DNA of 64,000 nt from an uncultured Verrucomicrobiae bacterium (GTDB taxonomy: Bacteria > Verrucomicrobiota > Verrucomicrobiia > Limisphaerales > JAFGQR01). The stretch spans positions 32,001-96,000 of the forward strand of contig CAWBHS010000102.1 in NCBI GenBank assembly GCA_963788655.1. The letters run 5' to 3'. Shown one piece after another: positions 1 to 10,427 of this stretch. The translations under genes were made by a program, and so were the position numbers. The notes under the pieces are model-generated. The model made no database searches, was not told the origin of the DNA, and saw only the letters and a program-made list of their open reading frames with translations. The first letter of the stretch is position 1, and the number at the start of each line of letters is the position of its first letter.

Positions 1-2
1 TG

Positions 3-536
3 CGCCTGCTCCCGCGCCAGCCGGCGAACGCCCAATTCACCTGTGCCACGGTGCCGCTACAAAATTTGAATCCCAGTCAGGTGGACGACCGTTTCACTCG
101 CACGTTACGGGCCGAGTTGTTCTCGCGGTTGCTCGGATTACTGGGCGAAGACGAATTCTGCGAGGCGATGCAGACCATTGGCGAGAATTACAGCTTGCGA
201 CGGTTCGCGGACATTTTCCAACTCACCTGCCCGGTCCGGCCCGCCAGCAACTTGAGTCTCTTTTCCGAGGACCCTGTTTTCCACACGAGTGCCAGTCCCC
301 GCCTGCCCTGTCTGGGCACCGACCTGCCCTCACAACCCGGCGCTTCCGGCTCGCCGGTTTTTCTGCTCGCCGAAGACGCGCAGCCCATGCTGGTTGGATT
401 TAACCTGGGGCCCAAAGGCGAGCAAAGCAGCTTTCCGACGGCGACCTCGCTGGCCGACTACACGCGAGTGATGCCGATTTATCTGGCGGCGCAAGCGATC
501 AATGCGTTCATCCGCAAGCAGGCGAATCATCCGTAA
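3..536 (+). CDS. 5'-truncated protein with a trypsin-like serine protease motif
   Basis: Frame is open from the window edge. Contains 'DLPSQPGASGSPVF...MLVGFN', resembling the G-x-S-G-S-P nucleophile motif of trypsin-like peptidases. Confidence 0.5.
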   Translation, partial: RLLPRQPANAQFTCATVPLQNLNPSQVDDRFTRTLRAELFSRLLGLLGEDEFCEAMQTIGENYSLRRFADIFQLTCPVRPASNLSLFSEDPVFHTSASPRLPCLGTDLPSQPGASGSPVFLLAEDAQPMLVGFNLGPKGEQSSFPTATSLADYTRVMPIYLAAQAINAFIRKQANHP

Positions 537-550
537 GCCCTGATCCGTTT

Positions 551-1543
551 ATGAGAACCTACCTGGTCCCGGCACTGCTGTTGGTCTTCCTCTCGTCCGG
601 AGGGGCTTTGGCCTACCTGGTGGTGGGCTGCGCCGCGCCGCGCAGCAACACGCGCACCTTGCGGGAAACGGTCAGCCTCACCTTCCGCAACGCCAAAACC
701 ACCGTGGTCAAAGACCATGCGTTGCTGGCCCTGCCGGCACTGGTGCAGGTGGCCCAGGAGTACGGCGCCGCGCTGGCCAAATACTTCATTCAACAGCAAG
801 CCGGCCAATACGAGGCCACCGCGACGGCGACGACTTCCTTGAAACTGGAAGCGCTCGAGGTGGGAGGCTTCGGCGGGCTGCCGAAATTGAACAGCGGCGG
901 TTACTTCATTTTCCTGCGCACCGTCCAGGATGCCGCCCCCGCGCAATCCGGATTGCCACGCTTCGATGCGGCGGCCCGGATCGCACACGCCCAGACGATT
1001 GCCGAAGCCTTGAAGAACCATTGCGAGGATGTCACCGCCGCGGATCTCATCTCCATTCTCGAACAGGGCCGCATCACTGGCGCCAATCCGCAGGAAGAAC
1101 TGGGCGCGCTGGCGTTTTGCGGTGTGGGCCTGGTGCGCCAACGCGAGACGGCGCGCACCCTGGAACTGCAATTGATCGGTTACATTTATCCGGCCTTGAA
1201 GGCCAAGAACGCGGCGTTCAAGGTGCCGTTCACCCGCTGGCACGCCACCGAGAGTAAATTCCATCTCCGCCTGGAGGGACCGCTGGCAGCCGCGCAAGCG
1301 TTCCAAGTGGGCGCGGACTTTGACGTGAACTGGGACCGGGACCAGGCCCTCGCCGGCCAACCGGCGGAATGGCACTTCAGCGATCAAGCGCACGGCCACG
1401 TCTTAAGCCGGTCCCGGCCCGTGACGGTCCCGGCGGTTCAAGACTTCTCGCTGCGAGGCACGCTGACTGAATCCTGCAACCTGAAAAAGATGCTGGAGCA
1501 AGCATCCGAGTTGGCGGCAAAGCTTAAGGCGGAACCGCACTAA
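551..1543 (+). CDS. Hypothetical exported or lipoprotein-like protein
   Basis: 330-aa ORF with ATG start, a hydrophobic N-terminus ending VVGC and host-like codon usage; 14 bp after the previous ORF. Confidence 0.65.
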   Translation: MRTYLVPALLLVFLSSGGALAYLVVGCAAPRSNTRTLRETVSLTFRNAKTTVVKDHALLALPALVQVAQEYGAALAKYFIQQQAGQYEATATATTSLKLEALEVGGFGGLPKLNSGGYFIFLRTVQDAAPAQSGLPRFDAAARIAHAQTIAEALKNHCEDVTAADLISILEQGRITGANPQEELGALAFCGVGLVRQRETARTLELQLIGYIYPALKAKNAAFKVPFTRWHATESKFHLRLEGPLAAAQAFQVGADFDVNWDRDQALAGQPAEWHFSDQAHGHVLSRSRPVTVPAVQDFSLRGTLTESCNLKKMLEQASELAAKLKAEPH

Positions 1544-1678
1544 AATGCTCCAGTGACATTTACGTTCCCTCTTGGTCGCGCTCGGTTCGGTGAACACCTC
1601 CCCACAAAGCCGCGACCGTAAGCGAGCGAACAAAGTGAACGGTTCAAGAGCTTGCCAAGGTGGAACGATTCAATTGGA

Positions 1679-1830
1679 GTAGCTGCGTTCGTGAGAACGC
1701 GGCTGACTGGCGCGGTGCAACACCGGTTCCAGGCGAAGGCAATCCGGTCACTTTTCGGTGACCGGTGGGACGCTGCCGTGGGTGACGTGTTTCCCTTTAA
1801 AGTCAGCCGCGTTCTCACGAACGCAGCCAC
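1679..1830. repeat. REP doublet (REPIN-like), GTAG family
   Basis: GTAGCTGCGTTCGTGAGAACGCGGCTGACT (1679-1708) and an inverted copy at 1801-1830 (29/30 match); each has an internal hairpin. Confidence 0.8.
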
Positions 1831-1993
1831 AGGCACTGCATACATCCGGCTAAGGAGGGCTGTTATCGGGAGTAAATATGTGTCAGCACCGCCCGCCGCA
1901 TAGCATTCAGCAGGGTTCTGTTGCAGGTTGCTTTTTTCTGTTCGGTGACAACGCGGGGGGGTAGGCTGGCCAGTAATCGATTACCCTTGCTCT

Positions 1994-3262
1994 ATGAAGC
2001 TTACTTCGTTGATAGCCGGTTCAAGAATCAGGCGCTGTTTTGTGGCCGTGTCGATCGCCCTCTTGCTGCTGGTAACCCAATTCATTTCGGCCGCCGAACC
2101 GTCCATTGTCGTGGTGATAAATGAGCCCGCGGCAAGGCAAGTCCCGGTGCCGGCTTCGTTCACGGTGGACCTCAAAGAATTGGGCAATGGTCAAGGCATG
2201 TCCCGCGCCTGGCAACTGGAGCCATTGTCCCCGCCCAGCGCCAACTCATCCGACACCATCCCGGTGCAATTCGAGCCCACATCGCCCGGTTCAACCCAGG
2301 GAACCTTGTGGTTCGTATGGCCGCCTTCGGCAACCACAGAACGCCGGTTCCGACTCGTGGCGGCGGCCAAAGAAACCACGCCAGCCTTCACGATCATGTC
2401 GGATACAGCGCACGGTTTTTACGACGTTCGCGAAGGCAAGCGGCGCGTGCTGCGGTACAATCACGGCACGGTCCCGGCACCTGCCGGCGTTGACACCAAT
2501 TATGCCCGCGGCGATTACATCATGCCGTTGTTCGGTCCCAATGGCGAAGTGCTCACGGACGATTATCCGCCGGACCATCCGCACCATCGCGGCGTCGGTT
2601 GGTCATGGCCGGTCACACGGTGGGGCAAGGAGGTGCGCGACATCTGGGCGGTGCAAGGAGTGTGGGCCCGGCCGGTGGCCATGCGCAAGCTCGAGGCGGG
2701 ACCGGTGTGCGCAGTGTTGGACGCCGAGAGCGTTTGGAAATGGGGCAACACCACGCCGATTGTTCGCGAAGATGCGCTGATCCGCGTCTTCCGCTGGACT
2801 GGTAAGAGCCGGATTGTGGACGTGGAACTACGGCTGTTGGCTTTGCAGGATGGGGTGGCGATTGGCGGGCGTCCGCATGGCGGCTACGGCGGCTTTGGCT
2901 TGCGCGCCATGCCGGCCCAGCAGCGGGTCATTACGGCATTCACCGATCCGCCTGAACGAATTCCGCGCCGATGCTGGCTCGATTATTCGGGCGTGTTCGC
3001 CGGTGGAAACCGATCGTCCGGGCTCGCGATTTTCGAGCACATTGCGAATCTGTATTATCCCAATGCCCTTCTCCAATACCCGGAATTGAACTACGTCATG
3101 CCCGCCTTTCCAGGGGAGCGGGAGGTGCCACTTTCGAAGGACCAGCCATTGGTTCTCAAGCACCGTCTTTGGATTCACGCGGGCATGGCAGACGAACAAA
3201 TGCTGGCGGCCAATTGGGCGGCTTATGCGCATCCGCCGCAGGTGCGTTTGGAGAAGCAATGA
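1994..3262 (+). CDS. PmoA-like/DUF6807 family secreted protein (not a methane monooxygenase)
   Basis: Signal peptide; motifs 'YIMPLFGPNGEVLTDDYPPDHPHHRG' and 'GYGGFGLR'; lies next to a Gfo/Idh/MocA gene, as is typical for the family. Confidence 0.75.
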   Translation: MKLTSLIAGSRIRRCFVAVSIALLLLVTQFISAAEPSIVVVINEPAARQVPVPASFTVDLKELGNGQGMSRAWQLEPLSPPSANSSDTIPVQFEPTSPGSTQGTLWFVWPPSATTERRFRLVAAAKETTPAFTIMSDTAHGFYDVREGKRRVLRYNHGTVPAPAGVDTNYARGDYIMPLFGPNGEVLTDDYPPDHPHHRGVGWSWPVTRWGKEVRDIWAVQGVWARPVAMRKLEAGPVCAVLDAESVWKWGNTTPIVREDALIRVFRWTGKSRIVDVELRLLALQDGVAIGGRPHGGYGGFGLRAMPAQQRVITAFTDPPERIPRRCWLDYSGVFAGGNRSSGLAIFEHIANLYYPNALLQYPELNYVMPAFPGEREVPLSKDQPLVLKHRLWIHAGMADEQMLAANWAAYAHPPQVRLEKQ

Positions 3263-3296
3263 ATCGGACAACATCGATGATCCAATCGCCAGGAAC

Positions 3297-3438
3297 GGGG
3301 AGCACAGGCGCCTCGCCTGTCGGTTGGTGCGCCCCGCGCCAACCGCGAATGGAACGGCGCGTCCAATTTGCTGCTGGCGACGACTGCGACCTCAACGGCG
3401 AGGCGCCGTTGATAACGCCCGAGGCGGGCCCGCTACCC
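3297..3438. repeat. ~145-bp palindromic intergenic element, family D, copy 1
   Basis: Ends GGGGAGCACAGGCGCCTCGCCTGT ... CGCCCGAGGCGGGCCCGCTACCC; related copies at 23776-23918 and 36124-36271. Confidence 0.7.
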
Positions 3439-3494
3439 ACTTTAAAATGCGATTCTTGACTGCGCGTCTGAACAACAACTCAACACTATCAACC

Positions 3495-4868
3495 ATGAAA
3501 AACACTGACTCCCTGACACGCCGGGCCTTCATCGAAAAGGCCGCCACCATTACCGCCGTTGGCTTTGCCGCACCACGTCTGGTTGCGGCCGCTGAATCCG
3601 GCACGCCGGCCGCATCCGCGAACCAAACCAACGCGAAACCGAACAGCCGCATTCACGTCGGGTTGATCGGCTGCGGGGGCATGGGGCGGAGCAACCTGAA
3701 CGAGTGCGCCAAGTATCCGGACGTGGTCGTGACCGCAGCCTGCGACGTCTGGCAAGCCCGGCGCGACGCGGTGTGCGCGCAATTCAAGGACACCTGCAAA
3801 CCGTACGCCGACTTTCGCGAGATGCTGCAACAACCGGATCTCGACGGCGTCATCATTGCCACCCCACCGCATTGGCACGCGTTGATCGCCATCATGGCGT
3901 GCGAGGCCGGCAAAGACATTTATTTGCAGAAACCCATGACGCTGCACCTCGGCGAGAGCCTGGCCGTGCGCAATGCTGTGAAGAAACACCAACGCATCAG
4001 CCAGATCGGCACGCAGATTCATGCCACGGAAAACTACCGGCGCGTGGTCGAATACATCCGCGCTGGCAACCTGGGCAAGATCGGCACCGTGCGGACATTC
4101 AACGTCATGAACCAAACACCCGATGGCGTGGGAACCAGCCCGGTTACGGAACCGCCCAAAGGATTCAACTGGGAAATGTGGTGCGGACCGGCGCCATTGG
4201 GGAAGTTCAATCCCATGTTGGTGGCCGATGCTTACAACCATTGTTCCTGGATGGACTACAGCGGCGGTTGGACCCCCGGCATGGCGCCGCACATCATTGA
4301 TCTGCCGGTTTGGGCGCAGGACCTGGGGTATCCGCTGGTAACCAGTTCCGCCGGCGGACGGTACATTTTGAACGATGACGGCGATGCCTACGATCAACAC
4401 GAGGTGTTGTGGCAATATCCCAACTTCACGATGACCTGGATGTCCTCGTTGACCAACAGTTACGGCTTCGACCTGGAAGGCGAGCCCATGCCCAAACGCC
4501 GGTTGGGGATCTATTTCCACGGCAGCAACGGGACGATGTATGCCAACTACGGCATGTACAAAATTGTCCCTGAGGGCCAGCGCATGGATGGGATGCAACC
4601 CCCGCCCAAGTCGATCCCGCCATCGCCGGGGCACGAACGCGAATGGCTCGAGGGGATCACTTCGCGGAAGCAACCCAGTGCCAGCGTGTTCTATCACACC
4701 AAGGTGGACGTGCCGATCGTGCTCAGCCTGCTCTCTTTGAAACTGAAACGTTCGATTCGCTTTGATCCGAAAAAAGAAGAAATCGTGGACGACCGCGAAG
4801 CCGCCAAATTGGCGGTGCCCCAATACCGGTCGCCGTGGAAATTCCCAAAGCAATACCTCAAGGCTTGA
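3495..4868 (+). CDS. Tat-exported Gfo/Idh/MocA family oxidoreductase
   Basis: 'LTRRAF' Tat motif, GLIGCGGMG, ATPPHWH and LQKP. Start placed at ATG 3495. Confidence 0.92.
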   Translation: MKNTDSLTRRAFIEKAATITAVGFAAPRLVAAAESGTPAASANQTNAKPNSRIHVGLIGCGGMGRSNLNECAKYPDVVVTAACDVWQARRDAVCAQFKDTCKPYADFREMLQQPDLDGVIIATPPHWHALIAIMACEAGKDIYLQKPMTLHLGESLAVRNAVKKHQRISQIGTQIHATENYRRVVEYIRAGNLGKIGTVRTFNVMNQTPDGVGTSPVTEPPKGFNWEMWCGPAPLGKFNPMLVADAYNHCSWMDYSGGWTPGMAPHIIDLPVWAQDLGYPLVTSSAGGRYILNDDGDAYDQHEVLWQYPNFTMTWMSSLTNSYGFDLEGEPMPKRRLGIYFHGSNGTMYANYGMYKIVPEGQRMDGMQPPPKSIPPSPGHEREWLEGITSRKQPSASVFYHTKVDVPIVLSLLSLKLKRSIRFDPKKEEIVDDREAAKLAVPQYRSPWKFPKQYLKA

Positions 4869-5186
4869 GGGGAGCGACGGCTTGTTCCGTTAACAAACCG
4901 AAGACTTATGGACTTGCGAAATGGGAAACTTCGAAGCGCCCATCCGCTGGGACAGTGGTGTTGATGAGCTTCATGGCCATGGGTGGCACGGCGTTGTTCA
5001 ATTGAAGAGAACGTCTGGCCGGCAAATGGCGCCGGTCCAGTGGAACGCGTCGCCGTTGTGCGGCGTCGTCGGAGGCACACCAAACATTGGAACGTAACCC
5101 TGGTTCAAAAACAGTGGATTTTCGCATGGCAGCCCGGCCAGGGTTTTGCTTTGATTCTCTGCTGTTTGCTGGTAAGAAATCGCGCC

Positions 5187-5717
5187 ATGGACCTCTTTGA
5201 AACAATAAAGTCCCGCCGCTCCGTGCGCGTATTTCAGCCCAAGGAAGTCGAGCCGGAGAAACTGAACACCATTCTGGGCGTGATGATGCAGGCGCCGTCG
5301 GCGGGCAATTTGCAGGCCTTCCAGGTGTATGTGATTCGCGATGCCGAACAGAAGCAGGCCCTGGCCACCGCCGCGCTCAACCAGGATTTTATCGCCCGGG
5401 CGCCGGTGGTGCTGATCTTCTGTGCCGACCGCCACCGCTCGGGACAGCACTATCGCCAGCGGGGCGAAGACCTGTACAGCGTCCAGGACGCGACCATTGC
5501 CACGGCGTATGCGCAGTTGGCGGCTACGGCGTTTGGACTGGGTACGTGTTGGGTCGGCACGTTCGACGATGCCAAGTTGGCCAAGGTCGTCGGCATCGAT
5601 GAAGGACACTATCCCATCGCCATGTTGCCGCTGGGGTACCCCGCCGAGGAACCGAAGCAAACGACGCGGCGTTCGGCCGGTGAACTGGTGCGCGACCGGC
5701 CGGTGCGGAATACTTAG
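5187..5717 (+). CDS. Nitroreductase family protein
   Basis: 'IKSRRSVRVF', 'APSAGNLQ', 'GLGTCWVG', 'LGYP'. Confidence 0.92.
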   Translation: MDLFETIKSRRSVRVFQPKEVEPEKLNTILGVMMQAPSAGNLQAFQVYVIRDAEQKQALATAALNQDFIARAPVVLIFCADRHRSGQHYRQRGEDLYSVQDATIATAYAQLAATAFGLGTCWVGTFDDAKLAKVVGIDEGHYPIAMLPLGYPAEEPKQTTRRSAGELVRDRPVRNT

Positions 5718-6020
5718 CCCGGTAATAGAGCCCCGTTCGAAGTTCCGCACGATGCCGAAAGCAAGGACCAAGGGCTAATACCCAAAGATCAAGTATCCAA
5801 ACACCAAACCGAGGGCGATCAGCCGGTGGTTCTCCACCCGAATGAACGTTCCCAGGCACCTCCTCGGTGGCATGGTTGACACCCAGCAATTTGTGGGCAT
5901 GGTAGCGGTGGCGTGGTTAATCTGACAAAAGAACGGCATCAAACATTTTGAAGTGTCTCCGGGAACGGAGAGTGGGAAGGATTCGGAACGCAACCGAGCA
6001 AGGGAGCAGGTTAGAATTGC

Positions 6021-9000
6021 ATGGCGAAGTCACCCATCAATGTACTGTTGGTCGAGGATAACCTTGAATTCGCGAAGCGCTTGGAATCCAGTCTGAAAGC
6101 GCTTCCCGGCCAGCCATTGCGATTGGCGGCCTGTGGGCAATTGGCCGAAGCGCGGAAAGTGCTGGCGTCCAGCCAAACGGTGGACGCCGTGTTGCTGAAT
6201 CTGAATCTGCCCGATAGCCAGGGGCTGGAGACGTTGCGCCAGGTCCGGGAGCAGGCGCCGGGACTGCCCGTGGTGGTGGTGACCGCTTCCGAAGATGAAG
6301 CGCTGGCGCTCGAGGCCTTGCGGGCAGGGGCCCAGGACTATTTGTTCGAAACGGAAGCCAATGCCCGAACCGTAACCCGCTCGGTGGGGTATGCGATCGA
6401 GCGCGGACGCGGGGAACAGGCCTTGCGGGAAAGCGAACAGCGTTTCAAACGGCTGCTTCAATCCACCACCGACTATATCTTCTCGGTGACGGTGGCAAAC
6501 GGGCGGGCGACCTCCACGTGCCATGGGCCGGGGTGTTTTGGCGTAACCGGTTATTCGCTCGAGGAGTTTGAAGCTGACCCGTATCTCTGGTACCGGCTGA
6601 TCCACGAGGCCGACCGCTCCCGGGTGACCGCTTTGGTTGCGCGGATTCTCGCCGGGGAAACCGTGCCCCAGTTTGAACATCGTATTCTGCACCGGGACGG
6701 TTCCGTCCGGTGGATTCGCAACACCTCCGTGCTGCACAAAGACGCGCAAGGCCGGTTGATCGGTTATGACGGATTGATCACCGATATTACCGAGCGCAAA
6801 CGGGCGGAGCGCCTGTTAACGTTCGAGCATTCGGTCAACCGGGAACTGACGCGCACGGACACGTTGCCCGAGGTGTTGGCTCGCGTCTTTCCGGTGTTGT
6901 GCGACGGCCAACCATGGGAGTTGGGCGCTTATTGGATTGCGGATGCTCAAGCCGGCGTGCTGCGCTTCTCGGGCATCGGTTATGACGCCACCGGGCAGAT
7001 GAACCAACTCCTGGAGTTGGACCGCTCGTTTACGTTTGCGCCCGGCGCCGGATTGTTGGGCCGGGTGTGGGCTCAAGGAGAACCGAGTTGGATTGCGGAT
7101 TTGGCCAAGGAAACCGACTGCCCGCGGGCCGGGTTCGTCGGCCAGTTGGGACTGCATGGCGCCTGTGCGTTCCCCGTCGCGTGGGGCAAGGAACGGTTTG
7201 GGATCCTCGAATTGTTCTGCCGGCGAATCATCGCTTCCGACGAACCATTGATGCTGGCGCTGGGAGGGGTGGGCAGTCAGATCGGGCAATTCATCGATCG
7301 CCGGCGGTCGCAAGAGGCGCTGGCCGCGGAGCGAAATCTGTTGCGGACGCTGATCGATAATCTGCCGGATTATGTTTACGTGAAAGATACCGAGAGCCGG
7401 TTCCTGATCAACAATCTGGCCCATCTGTGCGTGTTGGGCGCGCCGCTCAAACAGCAGGTGGTTGGTAAATCCGACCTGGATTTCTTCCCGCGGGAACAGG
7501 CACTGCAATTTCTGGCTGACGACCAAGCGGTACTCAGTTCCGGCCAGCCCCTGATCAATCACGAAGAACAGGTGGTCGATGCCGATGGTAAACCACATTG
7601 GGTTCTGGCCACCAAGGTGCCGCTGCGCGACCACCAGGGCCAGGTCATGGGCTTGGTGGGGATCAGTCGCGACATTACCGGACGCAAGCAGGCCGAGGAT
7701 GAAAAGCGCCTGACCGAAACCCGGCTGCAGGCCATTCTCGACAACTCGCCCGCGGTCATTTACCTCAAGGACACCCGGGGGCGCTACTTGCTGATCAATC
7801 ATCGCTACGAAGAGCTCTTTCGGATCCGACGGGAAGACATCGTTGGCAAGACCGATTACGAGGTGTTCCCCAAGGAAGCCGCCGACTTGTTTCGAGCCAA
7901 CGACCAGCGGGTCTTGCAGGCTCAGGGGCCACTCAAGTTCGAGGAAGTGGCCCCGCATGACGACGTGCCGCACACCTATATTTCGGTGAAATTTCCCCTC
8001 GTGGATGTGGCCGGCAAACCGTACGGCGTCTGCGGCATTTCCACCGATATTACGGATCGTAAGCAGGCCGAGCAAGCCCTGGCCGAAAGCCAGGAACGCC
8101 TCGAATTGGTGATCCAGGGCAGCAATGACGGCATCTGGGATTGGAGCATTGCCGCCAACCGCGTTTATTATTCGCCGCGTTGGAAAAGCATGCTGGGTTA
8201 CACCGACGACGAGATTGAAAATACGTTCTCCAGTTGGGAAATGCTCTTGCATCCCGAGGATCGCACGCGGGCGTTGGCCGCCGTGCAAAGCTATTTCGCC
8301 GGCCAATCGACGGCCTTCGAACTCGAACATCGCCTGCGGCACAAGGACGGCACGTACCGGTGGATTCTGGCTCGCGGCGTGGCTCTGCGCGATGCCGAGG
8401 GACGACCCTTGCGCATGGCCGGTTCGCACGTGGACCTCACCGAGCACAAACAGAAAGAGGAACAACTGCGTCAGGCTTACGAGGAGCTGTCGAAGAACCA
8501 GGAGCGACTGCGGCAAACCCTCGACCGGCTCCGCGGGGCGCACCGCGAATTGAAGAGCGCCCAGCAGCAATTGATCCAGGCGGAAAAACTGAAGTCGATC
8601 GGCAAGCTGGCCGCCGGCGTCGCGCACGAAGTCAAGAATCCGCTGCAAACCATCCTGATGGGCATCACGTTCCTGAACAACAACCTGGCCGGCAAGGAGG
8701 CCACGGTCACGATGGTGCTGAGCGAATTGCGGACCGCCGTGGAACGGGCGGACAGCATCATCCACGAATTACTGCAATTGAGCGCTGCCACGCGCATCAC
8801 CGTTAAGACCGTCGAGTTCAACACCGTGGTCGAGCGGGCGTTGGCGATGATGCATCTGATGTTTGATGAGACGCACGTCCAGGTCGTCCGCGAACTGGCC
8901 AGCGGTTTGCCCGAGCTTCAATTGGACCCGTCCCGGATGGAGCAGGTGTTCACCAATCTGTTCATGAACGCCATCCATGCCATGCCCGGCGGCGGCGTGC

Positions 9001-9347
9001 TCACGGTGCGCACGCGGTTCCGGCGCTGGCCGAAGAACCCACCTTCCGAAGCGGTCCCGAGTCCCTTCAAGCCAGGCGATCTGCTGGTGATTGCCGAGGT
9101 GCAGGACAATGGCACCGGGATTGCCGCGGAAGTGCTGCCGATGATCTTCGAACCGTTCTTCACCACCAAACCCATGGGCGTGGGCACCGGGCTGGGTCTG
9201 GCGGTCATCAAGAACATCATCGACTTGCACGGCGGGACCATTGAAGTTACAAACGTTCCGGAAGGTGGCGTTTGCGTCACCCTCGCGCTGAAAGTTCAGC
9301 AGGGGACAACATTTTATGAGCAAGAAGCGGATTTTACTCGTGGATGA
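6021..9347 (+). CDS. Hybrid sensor histidine kinase (REC-PAS-GAF-3xPAS-HisKA-HATPase)
   Basis: N-terminal receiver fold, DITERK/DITGRK PAC ends, GAF 'GAGLLGRVW', 'AHEVKNPL', 'DNGTG', 'PFFTTK', 'GTGLGL'. Confidence 0.95.
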   Translation: MAKSPINVLLVEDNLEFAKRLESSLKALPGQPLRLAACGQLAEARKVLASSQTVDAVLLNLNLPDSQGLETLRQVREQAPGLPVVVVTASEDEALALEALRAGAQDYLFETEANARTVTRSVGYAIERGRGEQALRESEQRFKRLLQSTTDYIFSVTVANGRATSTCHGPGCFGVTGYSLEEFEADPYLWYRLIHEADRSRVTALVARILAGETVPQFEHRILHRDGSVRWIRNTSVLHKDAQGRLIGYDGLITDITERKRAERLLTFEHSVNRELTRTDTLPEVLARVFPVLCDGQPWELGAYWIADAQAGVLRFSGIGYDATGQMNQLLELDRSFTFAPGAGLLGRVWAQGEPSWIADLAKETDCPRAGFVGQLGLHGACAFPVAWGKERFGILELFCRRIIASDEPLMLALGGVGSQIGQFIDRRRSQEALAAERNLLRTLIDNLPDYVYVKDTESRFLINNLAHLCVLGAPLKQQVVGKSDLDFFPREQALQFLADDQAVLSSGQPLINHEEQVVDADGKPHWVLATKVPLRDHQGQVMGLVGISRDITGRKQAEDEKRLTETRLQAILDNSPAVIYLKDTRGRYLLINHRYEELFRIRREDIVGKTDYEVFPKEAADLFRANDQRVLQAQGPLKFEEVAPHDDVPHTYISVKFPLVDVAGKPYGVCGISTDITDRKQAEQALAESQERLELVIQGSNDGIWDWSIAANRVYYSPRWKSMLGYTDDEIENTFSSWEMLLHPEDRTRALAAVQSYFAGQSTAFELEHRLRHKDGTYRWILARGVALRDAEGRPLRMAGSHVDLTEHKQKEEQLRQAYEELSKNQERLRQTLDRLRGAHRELKSAQQQLIQAEKLKSIGKLAAGVAHEVKNPLQTILMGITFLNNNLAGKEATVTMVLSELRTAVERADSIIHELLQLSAATRITVKTVEFNTVVERALAMMHLMFDETHVQVVRELASGLPELQLDPSRMEQVFTNLFMNAIHAMPGGGVLTVRTRFRRWPKNPPSEAVPSPFKPGDLLVIAEVQDNGTGIAAEVLPMIFEPFFTTKPMGVGTGLGLAVIKNIIDLHGGTIEVTNVPEGGVCVTLALKVQQGTTFYEQEADFTRG

Positions 9348-9702
9348 TGAAGTCGGATTTACACGGCTGTTGAAGCTCAACCTCGAACAAACCGACCAAT
9401 ACGAGGTTCAGGTGGAAAACACCGCCATGGGTGCCTTGAACCACGCCGTCGATTTTCAGCCGCATTTGATCCTGCTGGACGTGATCATGCCCGCCATGGA
9501 CGGGGGCGAATTGGCGACCCGCCTGAGCACCAAAGCGAAACTCAAAGGTGTGCCAATTGTGTTTTTGACGGCTGCGGTGAAGAAGGAGGAAGTCAGTTCC
9601 CACGGCGGCGAGATTGGCGGTTATCCGTTCATTGCGAAGCCGGTTGATCTGCCGCAGGTGATTGCCTGCATCGAAAGCCACTTGGGCCAGAAACCGGTGT
9701 GA
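9316..9702 (+). CDS. Single-domain response regulator
   Basis: 'ILLVDDE', 'LLDVIMPAMDG', 'FLTA', 'IAKP'. Confidence 0.93.
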   Translation: MSKKRILLVDDEVGFTRLLKLNLEQTDQYEVQVENTAMGALNHAVDFQPHLILLDVIMPAMDGGELATRLSTKAKLKGVPIVFLTAAVKKEEVSSHGGEIGGYPFIAKPVDLPQVIACIESHLGQKPV

Positions 9703-9716
9703 CGCCACAGTTCATC

Positions 9717-9743
9717 GTAGCGGCGCCTCGGCAGAACGCCGCA
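9717..9743 (+). repeat. GTAG REP, family A
   Basis: GTAG-CGGCG-CCTCGGCAGAA-CGCCG; further copies at 10197-10222, 10168-10183 (partial, inverted) and 51969-52040 (pair). Confidence 0.8.
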
Positions 9744-9807
9744 CTCTTCACTCCTTGGAAGCTATGGCCCTACTGGGACTTTCCTCCCGTTCCCGCACAT
9801 ATAGATC

Positions 9808-10167
9808 TCAAAACTCCTTCCAGAAATCCTCGATCAGCGGGTGCATCCACGGGCAGCCGGGCACCATTGCGCCCAAATAAGGCCACTCGTGTGGATGGTT
9901 CACCAAACCTGCGCGCCGGGGATTATCGAGCACGTAGAAGCACGTCCGTTCAAACGCCCCACGCAAACGGTTTTTCTCCCGTAGCACGCTGTCATGCGAT
10001 TGCTTTTGCAACTCGAATTCCGCCCCAGCAGACGAGCGACGAGCGAGTTCTGCTGCCAGATGCTTTCGGATAAAACGACTGGCCAGACGCTGGTCGCTTC
10101 GGACACGCATTCCCATCCAGACTACGTGCAGATGATCCGGCATACGCACATAAACCGGACAGAAGAG
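9808..10167 (-). pseudogene. REP-associated tyrosine transposase (RAYT/Y1 HUH), 5'-truncated
   Basis: Reads LFCPVYVRMPDHLH (HUH motif), QSHDSVLR and YVLDNPRRAGLV...EWPY. An in-frame TAG lies just upstream inside the REP, so the N-terminus is missing. Confidence 0.8.
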
Positions 10168-10222
10168 GCTCTGCCGCCGCTACGCCGCCATGAACCGTAG
10201 CGGCGCCTCGGCAGAGCGCCGC
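10168..10222. repeat. Divergent REP pair, family A, at the RAYT truncation point
   Basis: GCTCTGCCGCCGCTAC (inverted, internally shortened), followed by GTAGCGGCGCCTCGGCAGAGCGCCGC. Confidence 0.75.
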
Positions 10223-10427
10223 CAATTAATGCGGTTTTCTCCCTCAAAAGCCTCGACGGAATCGCATTCTCCACCGACGGGCAATTCCCCGGTTCGTAGC
10301 ATTGGAGCAAGACTTTCTTGATCACACCTTTACCCGGCGCAAATCCACTCGAGTGTAACTGGCTCCTGACCCAAGCGTGACTTTCTTCTGGGAGGTTCGC
10401 CCGTGAAGTGGAGTTAGAGGCCGCTTG

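Noticed and set aside
1994..3262. Particulate methane monooxygenase
   Set aside because: It is a soluble secreted protein of the similarly named family, with no pmoC/pmoB and no multi-pass membrane profile.
9316..9347. 32-bp overlap between the kinase and the regulator
   Set aside because: Short overlaps are common in two-component operons.
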